From Verrucomicrobiia bacterium (lineage in GTDB: Bacteria; Verrucomicrobiota; Verrucomicrobiia; Limisphaerales; UBA11358), in contig DATAST010000091.1 in the NCBI GenBank assembly GCA_036269115.1, positions 24,889 through 88,888 on the forward strand: a stretch of DNA of 64,000 bases, read 5' to 3'. Position 1 is the stretch's first letter; each line of letters opens with the position of its first letter. Below, piece by piece: positions 15,355-23,320 of this stretch. The position numbers and the translations under genes are program-made. The notes beneath the pieces are model-generated. The model ran no database searches and had not been told where the DNA came from. It saw only the letters and a program-made list of their open reading frames with translations.

Positions 15355-15780
15355 TTGGCGCAACCTGCAGTCCGTCGTCGGGTTTCCCGCGCGTTTACTT
15401 TGATCGAAATCATGCTCGTAGTCGCGATCATCGGCATTTTGGCGGCCATCGTGGTTCCCAAAATTGCCGGACGCAGCGAAGAGGCGCGTGTGACCCGTGT
15501 GCAGACGGACATTAAAGGCGGCATTGCGACGGCCGTGGGCGCATTCGAGGTGGACAACGGATTTTATCCCAAGAGCCTGCAGGATTTGCTGCAGAAGCCC
15601 CGCAACGCCCGGAATTGGCACGGTCCTTATCTGGATTCGGCTCCAGTAGATCCGTGGGGTAATGCCTATCTCTATGCTTATCCCGGAAAACACAACTCAA
15701 CCGGTTACGACCTTTGGTCCGTCGGGCCGGATGGTAAATCAGGAACAGCTGATGACATTGGAAACTGGACAACACAATAG
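15355..15780 (+). CDS. gspG: major pseudopilin GspG
   Basis: Prepilin motif SRA|FTLIEIMLVVAIIGILAAIVVP, then GspG-type body (RVQTDIKG..FEVDNGFYP..WHGPYL..DPWGNAYLY..YDLWSVGPDGKSGTADDI). Start is uncertain. TTG 15355 gives a 13-aa basic leader, TTG 15337 is an alternative, and the frame is open from ATG 15061 through a 135-bp repeat. Confidence 0.9.
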   Translation: MAQPAVRRRVSRAFTLIEIMLVVAIIGILAAIVVPKIAGRSEEARVTRVQTDIKGGIATAVGAFEVDNGFYPKSLQDLLQKPRNARNWHGPYLDSAPVDPWGNAYLYAYPGKHNSTGYDLWSVGPDGKSGTADDIGNWTTQ

Positions 15781-16279
15781 CAATAGGTCGCGAAACCAAT
15801 GTGCTTTTACGCTCATCGAATTGGTCCTGGTGATGGCGTTGCTCGTGGTGGCCGTCTCCATCGTCGCGCCCCGGTTCTCGGATTTTATTCGCGGCCGGGA
15901 CCTGGATTCGGAGGCGCGCAGGTTGTTGGCGCTCGCGGATGCGGGGGAATCGCGCGCAGTGTCCGAAGGGATGCCGATGGTGTTGTGGTTCAACGCGAAG
16001 CAGAACACTTGCGGACTTGAGGCGGAGACGCCGCCCAAAGGCGGGGATACCAAAGCGGAAGATTTATCCATCAGTGAAAGCGTGGCCATCACGCCGGTCA
16101 ACACAGGCGCACCGGCAACGACCACGTTTAATCATTTGCCGGCAATCCGTTTTTTGCCGGATGGCACGGTGGATTTAAGCAGCCCACGCACGATTCAATT
16201 GACTGAAGGCGATGACAAGCTGTGGATGCTCGAATTGCAAAATCGCACAGGCTATGAAATTAGCGACAGTTCAAAATAG
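15752..16279 (+). CDS. gspH: minor pseudopilin, GspH/FimU-like
   Basis: Track ORF trimmed to ATG 15752 (29-nt overlap with gspG). The 18-aa leader ends in QCA|FTLIELVLVMALLVVAVSIVAPRF, followed by DLDSEARRLLALADAGESRAV, as in GspH-type proteins. Confidence 0.75.
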   Translation: MTLETGQHNSNRSRNQCAFTLIELVLVMALLVVAVSIVAPRFSDFIRGRDLDSEARRLLALADAGESRAVSEGMPMVLWFNAKQNTCGLEAETPPKGGDTKAEDLSISESVAITPVNTGAPATTTFNHLPAIRFLPDGTVDLSSPRTIQLTEGDDKLWMLELQNRTGYEISDSSK

Positions 16280-16796
16280 GGTAGGGACGGCGCGCCGCGC
16301 CGTCACCGCCCGTACAGCGGGCGGAACGCACGCTGTTGAACGTCCCACGCCCACGGATTGCGCCGCTAAACGCGGCGCTGACGCCGCAGCGCGGCGTCCC
16401 TACCAGTCTGCATTCACCCTGGCGGAGACGCTGGCGGCGCTGGTGTTTATGGCGATTTTGATCCCGGCCGTGGTTGAGGCCCTGCACGTCGCCAGTGGCG
16501 CGGGCGAAATCGCCGTGCGCAAAGGCGAAGCCGCGCACGTGGCCGACCGCGTTTTGAACCAAAGCCTGGTGATGACCAATTGGAGTACCGGCGCGCAAAA
16601 CGGCGTTACCGATGTGGGCTCCGATGAATTTCATTGGACGTTAAAAAGCCAAAACTGGCCGCAAGACACCATGCAACTGCTCACAGCCACGGTGAGCTTT
16701 TCCACGCAGGGACACGATTACTCCGTGGAACTGAGCACCCTGGCCAATCTTCAATCCCAGGCTACGCCGGCGGGAACACAAGGGAAGATGCCATGA
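16254..16796 (+). CDS. minor pseudopilin, GspI-like, with a REPIN translated inside its leader
   Basis: Prepilin motif QSA|FTLAETLAALVFMAILIPAVVEAL with F at 16413. The only in-frame ATG/GTG/TTG/CTG codons upstream of the motif are ATG 16254 and ATG 16212, both upstream of the REPIN at 16280-16404. The small body ends in a GspI-like beta region. Confidence 0.65.
   Translation: MKLATVQNRVGTARRAVTARTAGGTHAVERPTPTDCAAKRGADAAARRPYQSAFTLAETLAALVFMAILIPAVVEALHVASGAGEIAVRKGEAAHVADRVLNQSLVMTNWSTGAQNGVTDVGSDEFHWTLKSQNWPQDTMQLLTATVSFSTQGHDYSVELSTLANLQSQATPAGTQGKMP
16280..16404. repeat. REPIN-like element copy 2
   Basis: GGTAGGGAC..GTCCCTACC inverted ends. Arms are GTAG plus GGACGGCGCG-C-CGCGCCGTC and GACGCCGC-AGC-GCGGCGTCC plus CTAC. 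Starts 1 nt after the gspH TAG stop. Confidence 0.85.
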
Positions 16797-17620
16797 ATTT
16801 CAAAAGCGTTGAAACGTTGAAGCGGGCAGCATCTTCGGAGCGCGGCTGGGTCGGAGACCAGCCGCAGCGCGTCGTAACTTTCGTGAGTGCTGCCCCGAAA
16901 GCTTTCGGGGGTGCCCTTTTGCCCCCACACAGCCGCGCTCCGTCACCTCAACACGCGTTTACACTCATCGAAATGATCCTGGCCATTGGCGTTGCGGCTA
17001 TCGTGCTAATCACGATCTGCAGTGTCTTCTTTGCCGCTCTTCGCCTGCGCAACTCGACCCAGAATTACGTGGACGCGGCAACGCCCGTGGACCAAACGCT
17101 TTCGATAATGAAGCGCGACCTTGCGTGCGTTGTGACGCCAACAAATGGCACGACGAAAGTTTTGTCCGGCGATTTTCGAGTGGGCAACGTCATCAGCACC
17201 GGCAGCGGCATGCCGGCAGCCATTGAAATGTTCACGGCGAGCGGGCAAATCGGCGACCAACAACCCTGGGGCGACATCCAGCGTGTGACCTACGAATTGC
17301 GCGATCCCACCACGCGCGATGCGGTGGGAAAGGATCTGTTCCGCAGTGTCACACGGAATTTGTTGTCTAATACACCCACGACGCCCGAAGACCAGTTGAT
17401 GATGAGTGGCGTCCAGAGCATCGCCTTTTCCTGCTACGATGGCGCGCAGTGGTCGAGCACCTGGGACACGACCGGACTGACTTCGGCAAATACAAACCTG
17501 CCGACGGCAGTTCGGGTGGACATTCAGCCGGCCGGAAACCAAATGGCGCCAATTGAAATGGTCGTGCCTGTCGATTCCCAGGCGCGCACCAACGCCGTCT
17601 TGACCGCGCAAGCGCAATGA
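16793..17620 (+). CDS. minor pseudopilin, GspJ-like
   Basis: ATG 16793 overlaps the upstream stop (ATGA). Prepilin motif QHA|FTLIEMILAIGVAAIVLITICSVFFAALRL with F at 16958. A 105-bp repeat lies between the ATG and the motif; in-frame GTG 16883 and TTG 16919 inside the repeat are alternative starts. Confidence 0.7.
   Translation: MNFKSVETLKRAASSERGWVGDQPQRVVTFVSAAPKAFGGALLPPHSRAPSPQHAFTLIEMILAIGVAAIVLITICSVFFAALRLRNSTQNYVDAATPVDQTLSIMKRDLACVVTPTNGTTKVLSGDFRVGNVISTGSGMPAAIEMFTASGQIGDQQPWGDIQRVTYELRDPTTRDAVGKDLFRSVTRNLLSNTPTTPEDQLMMSGVQSIAFSCYDGAQWSSTWDTTGLTSANTNLPTAVRVDIQPAGNQMAPIEMVVPVDSQARTNAVLTAQAQ
16837..16941 (+). repeat. repeat family D copy (105 bp)
   Basis: Inverted ends GGAGCGCGGCTG / CAGCCGCGCTCC and central hairpin CCCCGAAAGCTTTCGGGGG. 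Related copy at 21071-21197. Confidence 0.8.
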
Positions 17621-19005
17621 AACCGTATCAATCCAGTTCGATTCGCAGGCAGCGCCGCAAGACTGGGGCGGTACTGATCATCGTTCTGTGGATTGCCATC
17701 GGCATGGTCAGCATAGCTTTGTACTTCGCAAACTCGATGACTTACGAATTGCGCGCTTCGGACAATCGCGTGAGCGGACTCGAGGCTGACCAGGCCATCG
17801 AAGGAGCAGCGCGCTATGTGAGTTTTGTTCTCTATAATTATGCCACCAACGGCGCGATGCCGTTGACGAACCAATACCAAACCGCAGCCGTGCCGGTGGG
17901 TGACGCGCATTTTTGGTTCATCGGCCACGACCCGGAGGAGACGCCCAATTTCGACCCGTATTTTGGCCTGGTGGATGAAGCCTCCAAGTTGAATTTGAAT
18001 ACCGTCGGCACCAACACCCTCATGGCCATCCCAAATGTGACGCCGGATTTTGCCGACGCGATCGCGGACTGGCGCAGTACCAATGGGGTGGGAACGTATT
18101 CGTTGAATTATGGGTCGCTCGGTTACGACGACAAAAACCGTGCGTTTGAAACCGTGGATGAATTGAGACTCGTCTACGGGGCCACGATGGAACTTTTGAT
18201 CGGAAACGATGCCAATCTCAACGGCGTTTTGGATTCGAGTGAGAAAGGTTCAGATGCGGGCGCCACGCTTCAATCGGGGCTTTTTCAGATGTGCACTGTC
18301 TATACCCGCGAACCGAATTTTACGACTTATAACGGAGAAACCGTCCTGTTGACCAACGTCAACACCGCAAGCCAGGCGGATCTGCGGGCACTTTTTCAAA
18401 ATGCTACGGTAAATACCTCGTACGTATCTCCCCTTTATACTTATGCTCATCCAAGTGGCCGCGCCGCGGTGACGTTTAAGGGCATCCTGGATTTTTGTGT
18501 TCATTGCAGGAATGCAGGGTTGAGCACGGAGGATTTTGCGAAAATTTATCCCAACGTCACGACCAGCACAGCCAACTATATTCGCGGGCGTATCAACATC
18601 GACACGGCTGGGCCGGCGGTGCTAACGGCGTTGTTTTGGGGCGTTGGCTACAGCCAGGGCGTGGACGAAAGTACAGCCCAAAGCGCGGCGCAATCGGTCA
18701 TCGATTATCGTGTGCAAAACCCGCAGAACCTGACTTCGGTCGGGTGGATCGTCGACGCGCTCGGCACGAGCAGCCCGGTCATCAAAGCGTTGCAAACCGG
18801 GGACTATGTTACCGCGAAGACCTATCAATTTACTGCGGACATCGCCGCAGTCGGTCCCTATGGCCGTGGTTACCGCCGGGTGAAGTTCATTTTCGATACC
18901 AGTGACGGCTCGCCCAAAATCATTTATCGCCAGGATTTATCCAGCCTCGGCTGGGCGCTGGGCGATAAAGCCCGTGAAACCTGGGTCGCCAAGGCAACAC
19001 CATGA
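17617..19005 (+). CDS. gspK: minor pseudopilin GspK
   Basis: 462 aa; ATGA overlap with the upstream gene. N-terminus RRKTGAVLIIVLWIAIGMVSIALYFANSM lacks the Glu5 residue, as in GspK. Large body with DELRLVYGATMELL-type helical repeats. Confidence 0.8.
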   Translation: MKPYQSSSIRRQRRKTGAVLIIVLWIAIGMVSIALYFANSMTYELRASDNRVSGLEADQAIEGAARYVSFVLYNYATNGAMPLTNQYQTAAVPVGDAHFWFIGHDPEETPNFDPYFGLVDEASKLNLNTVGTNTLMAIPNVTPDFADAIADWRSTNGVGTYSLNYGSLGYDDKNRAFETVDELRLVYGATMELLIGNDANLNGVLDSSEKGSDAGATLQSGLFQMCTVYTREPNFTTYNGETVLLTNVNTASQADLRALFQNATVNTSYVSPLYTYAHPSGRAAVTFKGILDFCVHCRNAGLSTEDFAKIYPNVTTSTANYIRGRINIDTAGPAVLTALFWGVGYSQGVDESTAQSAAQSVIDYRVQNPQNLTSVGWIVDALGTSSPVIKALQTGDYVTAKTYQFTADIAAVGPYGRGYRRVKFIFDTSDGSPKIIYRQDLSSLGWALGDKARETWVAKATP

Positions 19006-20483
19006 ATAATGTTTTGAAGATTAATTTTAGAAAACGAAAACGGCTGACCAGCCTGCTGGGCCTGACGCTCGACGGCACCCGGCTCGAGGGAGTCGTGCTG
19101 CGCCGCAACAACGGCTCGGTCAGCGTTCAGCAGACTTTTTCGGTCGTGCTGACGCTGGACCCGCTGACGGCGGCGCCGGAATTGGTTGGCCGCGAAATCC
19201 TGAACCACCTCGAGGCCGCCGAAGTGCGCGAGCGGAATTGCATTCTCGGCCTGCCGTTGAAATGGGTTTTGACCGCAGGCACAGAACTGCCGCCGTTGCC
19301 CGAGGCTGACGCCGTGAACCTGTTACAACTCGAGGCTGAACGAGGTTTTCACAGCGATATCACGACGCTTCAACTGGCTGAATCGCGTTGCGCTTTGGCG
19401 GGTGACAAAAAGCAAGTGACGTTCGCCGCCGTTTCCAAGAGTCAGATCGAACCGCTGATTGCCGTCCTCACCGCGGCCAAATTGAAGCCGGTCAGCTTTT
19501 CGCTGGGACTCACAGCGCTGCAACCGCCGTCAGACACCCGCTCACACACGGTCGGGGCTCAGTCGAATGGCGTGCTCGCTCTGGCGATAGGAGAAACCGG
19601 TGTGGGACTGCAAATCACCTGCAGCGGCGGCGTGGCTGCGCTTCGCGGATTCGAGGGGGCGGTTGGGACCGAAGGAAGCCGGCGCGTATTGCAAGCCGGT
19701 GTCGTGGCGAGAGAAGCGCGAATCACTTTGGGCCAGTTGCCCGCGGAATTGCGCGGTATGGTCAAACACATCCGGATTTTTGGTCCGCAGGATTTGGCCC
19801 GGCAATTGGCTGACGAAATGGAATTGGCGTTTGAGCCAATGGGTATCGACGTCGAAGTCGTTACCGCGTATAAGCCGAATGAAGTTGGTGTCCAGGCGCC
19901 GCCTGATGCGCCAGTCTCGGGGGCTTTCAGCCTGGCGGCGCGCCATCTGGCGGAACTACCCCCGGTATTTGAATTCCTGCCGCCGCGTCCCACGGTGTTC
20001 GAACAATTCGTTACCCGCTATTCATCCGGCAAAACCCGGACTGCCGGCATGGCTGCCGCGGCGGTGGTTGCGATTGTGCTGTGCTTTTTCCTGTTTCAGC
20101 AAATCGAACTGACAATTTTGCGCTCGAAGTGGAAAGCCATGTCCGCGAAGGTGGCTGATTTGTCAGCTTTGCAGGACAAGATTCAGCGGTATCAACCCTG
20201 GTATGACAGTTCATTTCCCGCGCTGACCATTCTGCGCCAGGTCACGATGGCCTTTCCCGAAGACGGCGTGGTAACGGCCAAAGCCATTGAAATTCATAAT
20301 GGCAACCAGGTGACCTGCACGGGCGTGGCGACTGACAGCGGCGGCCTGTTGCGAATGCTCGGGCAATTGCGCGCGACTGCCGGAGTCACCGGTGTGACGG
20401 TGGAACAGATTCGCGGGAAATCGCCCATGCAATTTACGTTTGATTTTCAGTGGAGTGAAAACGGAGGACAAAATGGAAATTAA
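19002..20483 (+). CDS. gspL: GspL-like (PilM-like cytoplasmic domain, one TM, PilN-like periplasmic domain)
   Basis: 493 aa; ATGA overlap with gspK. About 350 aa of cytoplasmic region, then TM AGMAAAAVVAIVLCFFLF, a coiled segment and a C-terminal mixed alpha/beta domain. Position and topology match GspL. Confidence 0.55.
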   Translation: MNNVLKINFRKRKRLTSLLGLTLDGTRLEGVVLRRNNGSVSVQQTFSVVLTLDPLTAAPELVGREILNHLEAAEVRERNCILGLPLKWVLTAGTELPPLPEADAVNLLQLEAERGFHSDITTLQLAESRCALAGDKKQVTFAAVSKSQIEPLIAVLTAAKLKPVSFSLGLTALQPPSDTRSHTVGAQSNGVLALAIGETGVGLQITCSGGVAALRGFEGAVGTEGSRRVLQAGVVAREARITLGQLPAELRGMVKHIRIFGPQDLARQLADEMELAFEPMGIDVEVVTAYKPNEVGVQAPPDAPVSGAFSLAARHLAELPPVFEFLPPRPTVFEQFVTRYSSGKTRTAGMAAAAVVAIVLCFFLFQQIELTILRSKWKAMSAKVADLSALQDKIQRYQPWYDSSFPALTILRQVTMAFPEDGVVTAKAIEIHNGNQVTCTGVATDSGGLLRMLGQLRATAGVTGVTVEQIRGKSPMQFTFDFQWSENGGQNGN

Positions 20484-21003
20484 AAATCGCCAGCAACGCC
20501 TGCTTGTAGTGACGCTCGTCGTCGCGGGACTCTACATCGCCAACCTGGCGATTTACGGGCCGCTGGTCAAATGGTGGAAATCACGGCAAGCAGATGTTGC
20601 CGAGCTGAAACAGGAGGTCAACGACGGGAACGCATTGATTCGCCGCGAATCGGCCATTCGAGACAAGTGGCAGCACATCCAGTCGAATGCCCTGGCCAAT
20701 GACCCATCGCAGGCTGAACAAAAGGTGCTCAAGGCGTTTGACAGCTGGGCCAGCTACACCGGTGTGAACGTCGAAAGCATCACCCCTCAATGGCAAAATG
20801 ACCAAAATGATTATTCGACCCTGGATTGCCGCGTGGAAGCTTCCGGCGACCTCGAGACCCTGAGCCGTTTTGTCTATCAAATTGAAAATGACCCGATGGA
20901 CCTTCAACTTGAGTCCGTCGAGCTGACCGCCAGCGACGACAAAGGCCGGCAACTGACGCTCGGTCTCCAAATCAGCGGCCTTGCCCTTGTTACGACACAA
21001 TAA
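20473..21003 (+). CDS. gspM: GspM/PilO-like bitopic inner-membrane protein
   Basis: Track ORF trimmed to ATG 20473 (GGAGGA 4 nt upstream; 11-nt overlap with gspL). MEIKNRQQRLLVVTLVVAGLYIANLAIYGPL TM, then a coiled coil and a ferredoxin-like C-terminus. Confidence 0.55.
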   Translation: MEIKNRQQRLLVVTLVVAGLYIANLAIYGPLVKWWKSRQADVAELKQEVNDGNALIRRESAIRDKWQHIQSNALANDPSQAEQKVLKAFDSWASYTGVNVESITPQWQNDQNDYSTLDCRVEASGDLETLSRFVYQIENDPMDLQLESVELTASDDKGRQLTLGLQISGLALVTTQ

Positions 21004-21004
21004 C

Positions 21005-21871
21005 ATGAATTTACTGGAATCATTCTCAATCAGGTTTTACGCTCCTTTTTCCTATTTCGCGAAGCGTCATGGAGTGCGGCGGCAACCCCGAAAGCTTTCG
21101 GGGGACGCCGCTTTCGACCAACATTCAACGCACGTTACTGAAACCCTCTGCGAACCGGCAACAGCGTTTCAAAGCGGTGTCACAGCCACCGCACTCCAAG
21201 ACCGTGCGGTGGTTCGACAGGTTGTTGGACAGGCCGGTCATTGGACTTGTTTCTCGAAACTTTTTTTCAATAAATCAGCCTTTTTCCTTTTTCCTCTCTC
21301 CTTTTTCCTTATCACCGCCGTCCTCGTCGCGCCCGCCCAATCCACCAACGACTCCGACACAACCACGACGGACTTCTCCTCCTTTCAGGTCATTTCAGAG
21401 CGCAACATTTTCAATCCAGACCGCTATGGCCGGACTACCACTCGTCATTACGAGTCGCGCTCCGTGCCGACCTTTTCATTGGCCGGCACCATGAGCTATC
21501 GCAAGGGGATGTTTGCTTTCTTTGATGGCACTCGGGAGGAATACCGGAAAGCGCTGCAACAGGGAGGAATCATCGCCGGATATACCATCGGGAAAATCAA
21601 TTTCGACGGCGTGGAATTACGGGCTTCCGGCATAACGAATTACATGAGAGTCGGCGCGGCGATGCGGCGTGAGGGAGATGCCTGGGAAATGAGCGCGCCG
21701 GGCGAGTGGGGGGATATGGCGTCTGCAAATGGAACCGGATCGGGCTCGGGGAGTGATACGAACAACGGAACGTCCACCAATTCCAATTCCAATACCGCTT
21801 TGCCCTCCGGCGGCGAACAGAATGACGTCTTAAAACGATTAATGGAGAAACGAGAACAGGAACTAAAATGA
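21005..21871 (+). CDS. GspC/PilP-like secretin-interacting protein
   Basis: ATG 21005 lies 1 nt after the gspM stop. TM FFLFPLSFFLITAVLVAP, then ISERNIFNPDR and a beta-rich region (FSLAGTMSYRKGMFAFFDG..GGIIAGYTIGKINFDGVELR), as in GspC HR / PilP domains. The cytoplasmic N-terminus contains a family D repeat. Confidence 0.5.
   Translation: MNLLESFSIRFYAPFSYFAKRHGVRRQPRKLSGDAAFDQHSTHVTETLCEPATAFQSGVTATALQDRAVVRQVVGQAGHWTCFSKLFFNKSAFFLFPLSFFLITAVLVAPAQSTNDSDTTTTDFSSFQVISERNIFNPDRYGRTTTRHYESRSVPTFSLAGTMSYRKGMFAFFDGTREEYRKALQQGGIIAGYTIGKINFDGVELRASGITNYMRVGAAMRREGDAWEMSAPGEWGDMASANGTGSGSGSDTNNGTSTNSNSNTALPSGGEQNDVLKRLMEKREQELK
21071..21197 (+). repeat. repeat family D copy
   Basis: Inverted ends GGAGTGCGGCGG / CCACCGCACTCC and the same CCCCGAAAGCTTTCGGGGG hairpin as 16837-16941. 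Lies inside the 5' part of the GspC/PilP-like ORF. Confidence 0.8.
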
Positions 21872-23307
21872 AAAAATTGATTCTACCAATAATGTCCATG
21901 TGCTTGGCTGGGCTTTTAGTCCCTGCCCACGCCCAAAATGGCGGCAGCGAACCGCCGGACAACGGCGGTGGCCCGCCCATGCAAGCGCCGTCGCCCGATG
22001 AACCGGGCGCGCCGGCTGACTCTGGAGCGCCTGGAGCGTCCGATCAAACTGGCCAAACCGGCCCGGGCCCGCGACGTGCGCCTTTGCCGGCTGGCGCCAT
22101 TCATTTCGTTCAACCTGGGAGTGCCGCGGCAGCCAGCTTATCCCAGGTCCCGGGACAATCCACCACCATGCATGCATCGTCAGTATTTATGCCGCCGGAT
22201 GACGCCGGCGGCGCGGCCAATCCGGATCAATTGCGCCTGAATTTTAACAATGTTCCCCTGGACATGGTCCTCAATTATTTGAGCGACGCCGCCGGGTTTA
22301 TCATCGTGATGAACACATCGGTGCACGGAAACGTCAGCGTCATCAGCAGCCATCCAATGACCCGCGACGAAGCGGTGAACTTGCTGAATGCGGTTCTTAA
22401 TCAAAACGGCTATGCCGCAGTCCGCAACGGGCGCACCCTCACGATCATGGAAAAAAGCGCCGCTAAAAACAGTGATATCCCCGTGCAGATCGGCAACAAT
22501 CCCGCGGGCATTCCCAGAAACGATGAAATCGTCACCCAAATCATTCCCGTCCGATACGTGGATGCGAGCCAATTGGTCTCGGACTTGTCATCGTTTGTCT
22601 CACCCGAGGCAACGATTGTTGCCAATCAGGCCGGCAATTCCATCGTGGTCACCGACACGCAGCAAAACATCCATCACCTGGTCGAGATCATCGCGGCCAT
22701 CGATCAAAGCGCCGCCGGTGAAACGGAAATCCAGGTCTTCCCTCTCAAGTATGCCAATCCCAATGACGTGGCGACTGAGTTGGGCGAAATCTTTCCGTCC
22801 GGAAATCCGACCAGCACTGGTGGTTCGCCCATCCGTTTCGGTGGATTTGGCGGCGGCGGATTCTTTGGACGAATGATGGCAGCCGCCCAGGCCAACAACA
22901 GTGGCAACGGCAACCGCGCGCAAAAACAATCCCAGGTCACGGCGGTGGCCGATGCGCGCACGCAGTCCGTCATTGTCATGGCTTCGAAGGATTTGATGGT
23001 TGAAATTACAGGTATGATGCAGAGCCTGGACGTGGCTTCCACTCGCGACCAGGGCGTGTATGCCTTTCATCTGCACAACGCCGACCCGCAGGAAGTGGCG
23101 CAGGTCCTGCAAAGTATGTTCCAGTCCGGCAGTTCGGGCCGTGGCAGCGCCCAAAACTCATCGCAGCAGCCTGAAACCAGCGCGCGAATGAATCGCGTGG
23201 CGCAAAATGCTCAGACTGTGAGCACGACCTCCTCAACGATCAGTTCCGGCACGGGCACCGGCGTAGGCCGCGGCGGTGGCGGCGGTGGCGGCCTGGGAGC
23301 ACCTTAA
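21868..23307 (+). CDS. gspD: secretin, N-terminal half (signal peptide, N0-N1-N2 domains and first half of N3)
   Basis: Signal peptide MKKLILPIMSMCLAGLLVPAHAQ and a Pro/Gly-rich linker. Then N0-like LRLNFNNVPLDMVLNYLSDAAGF and repeated secretin N-domains (IVTQIIPVRYVDASQLV..; EIQVFPLKYANPNDVA..VTAVADARTQSVIVMA..). It ends after VYAFHLHNADPQEVAQVLQSMF plus a Gly-rich tail, with no secretin C-domain. Confidence 0.85.
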   Translation: MKKLILPIMSMCLAGLLVPAHAQNGGSEPPDNGGGPPMQAPSPDEPGAPADSGAPGASDQTGQTGPGPRRAPLPAGAIHFVQPGSAAAASLSQVPGQSTTMHASSVFMPPDDAGGAANPDQLRLNFNNVPLDMVLNYLSDAAGFIIVMNTSVHGNVSVISSHPMTRDEAVNLLNAVLNQNGYAAVRNGRTLTIMEKSAAKNSDIPVQIGNNPAGIPRNDEIVTQIIPVRYVDASQLVSDLSSFVSPEATIVANQAGNSIVVTDTQQNIHHLVEIIAAIDQSAAGETEIQVFPLKYANPNDVATELGEIFPSGNPTSTGGSPIRFGGFGGGGFFGRMMAAAQANNSGNGNRAQKQSQVTAVADARTQSVIVMASKDLMVEITGMMQSLDVASTRDQGVYAFHLHNADPQEVAQVLQSMFQSGSSGRGSAQNSSQQPETSARMNRVAQNAQTVSTTSSTISSGTGTGVGRGGGGGGGLGAP

Positions 23308-23320
23308 AAAGTTTGAACGA

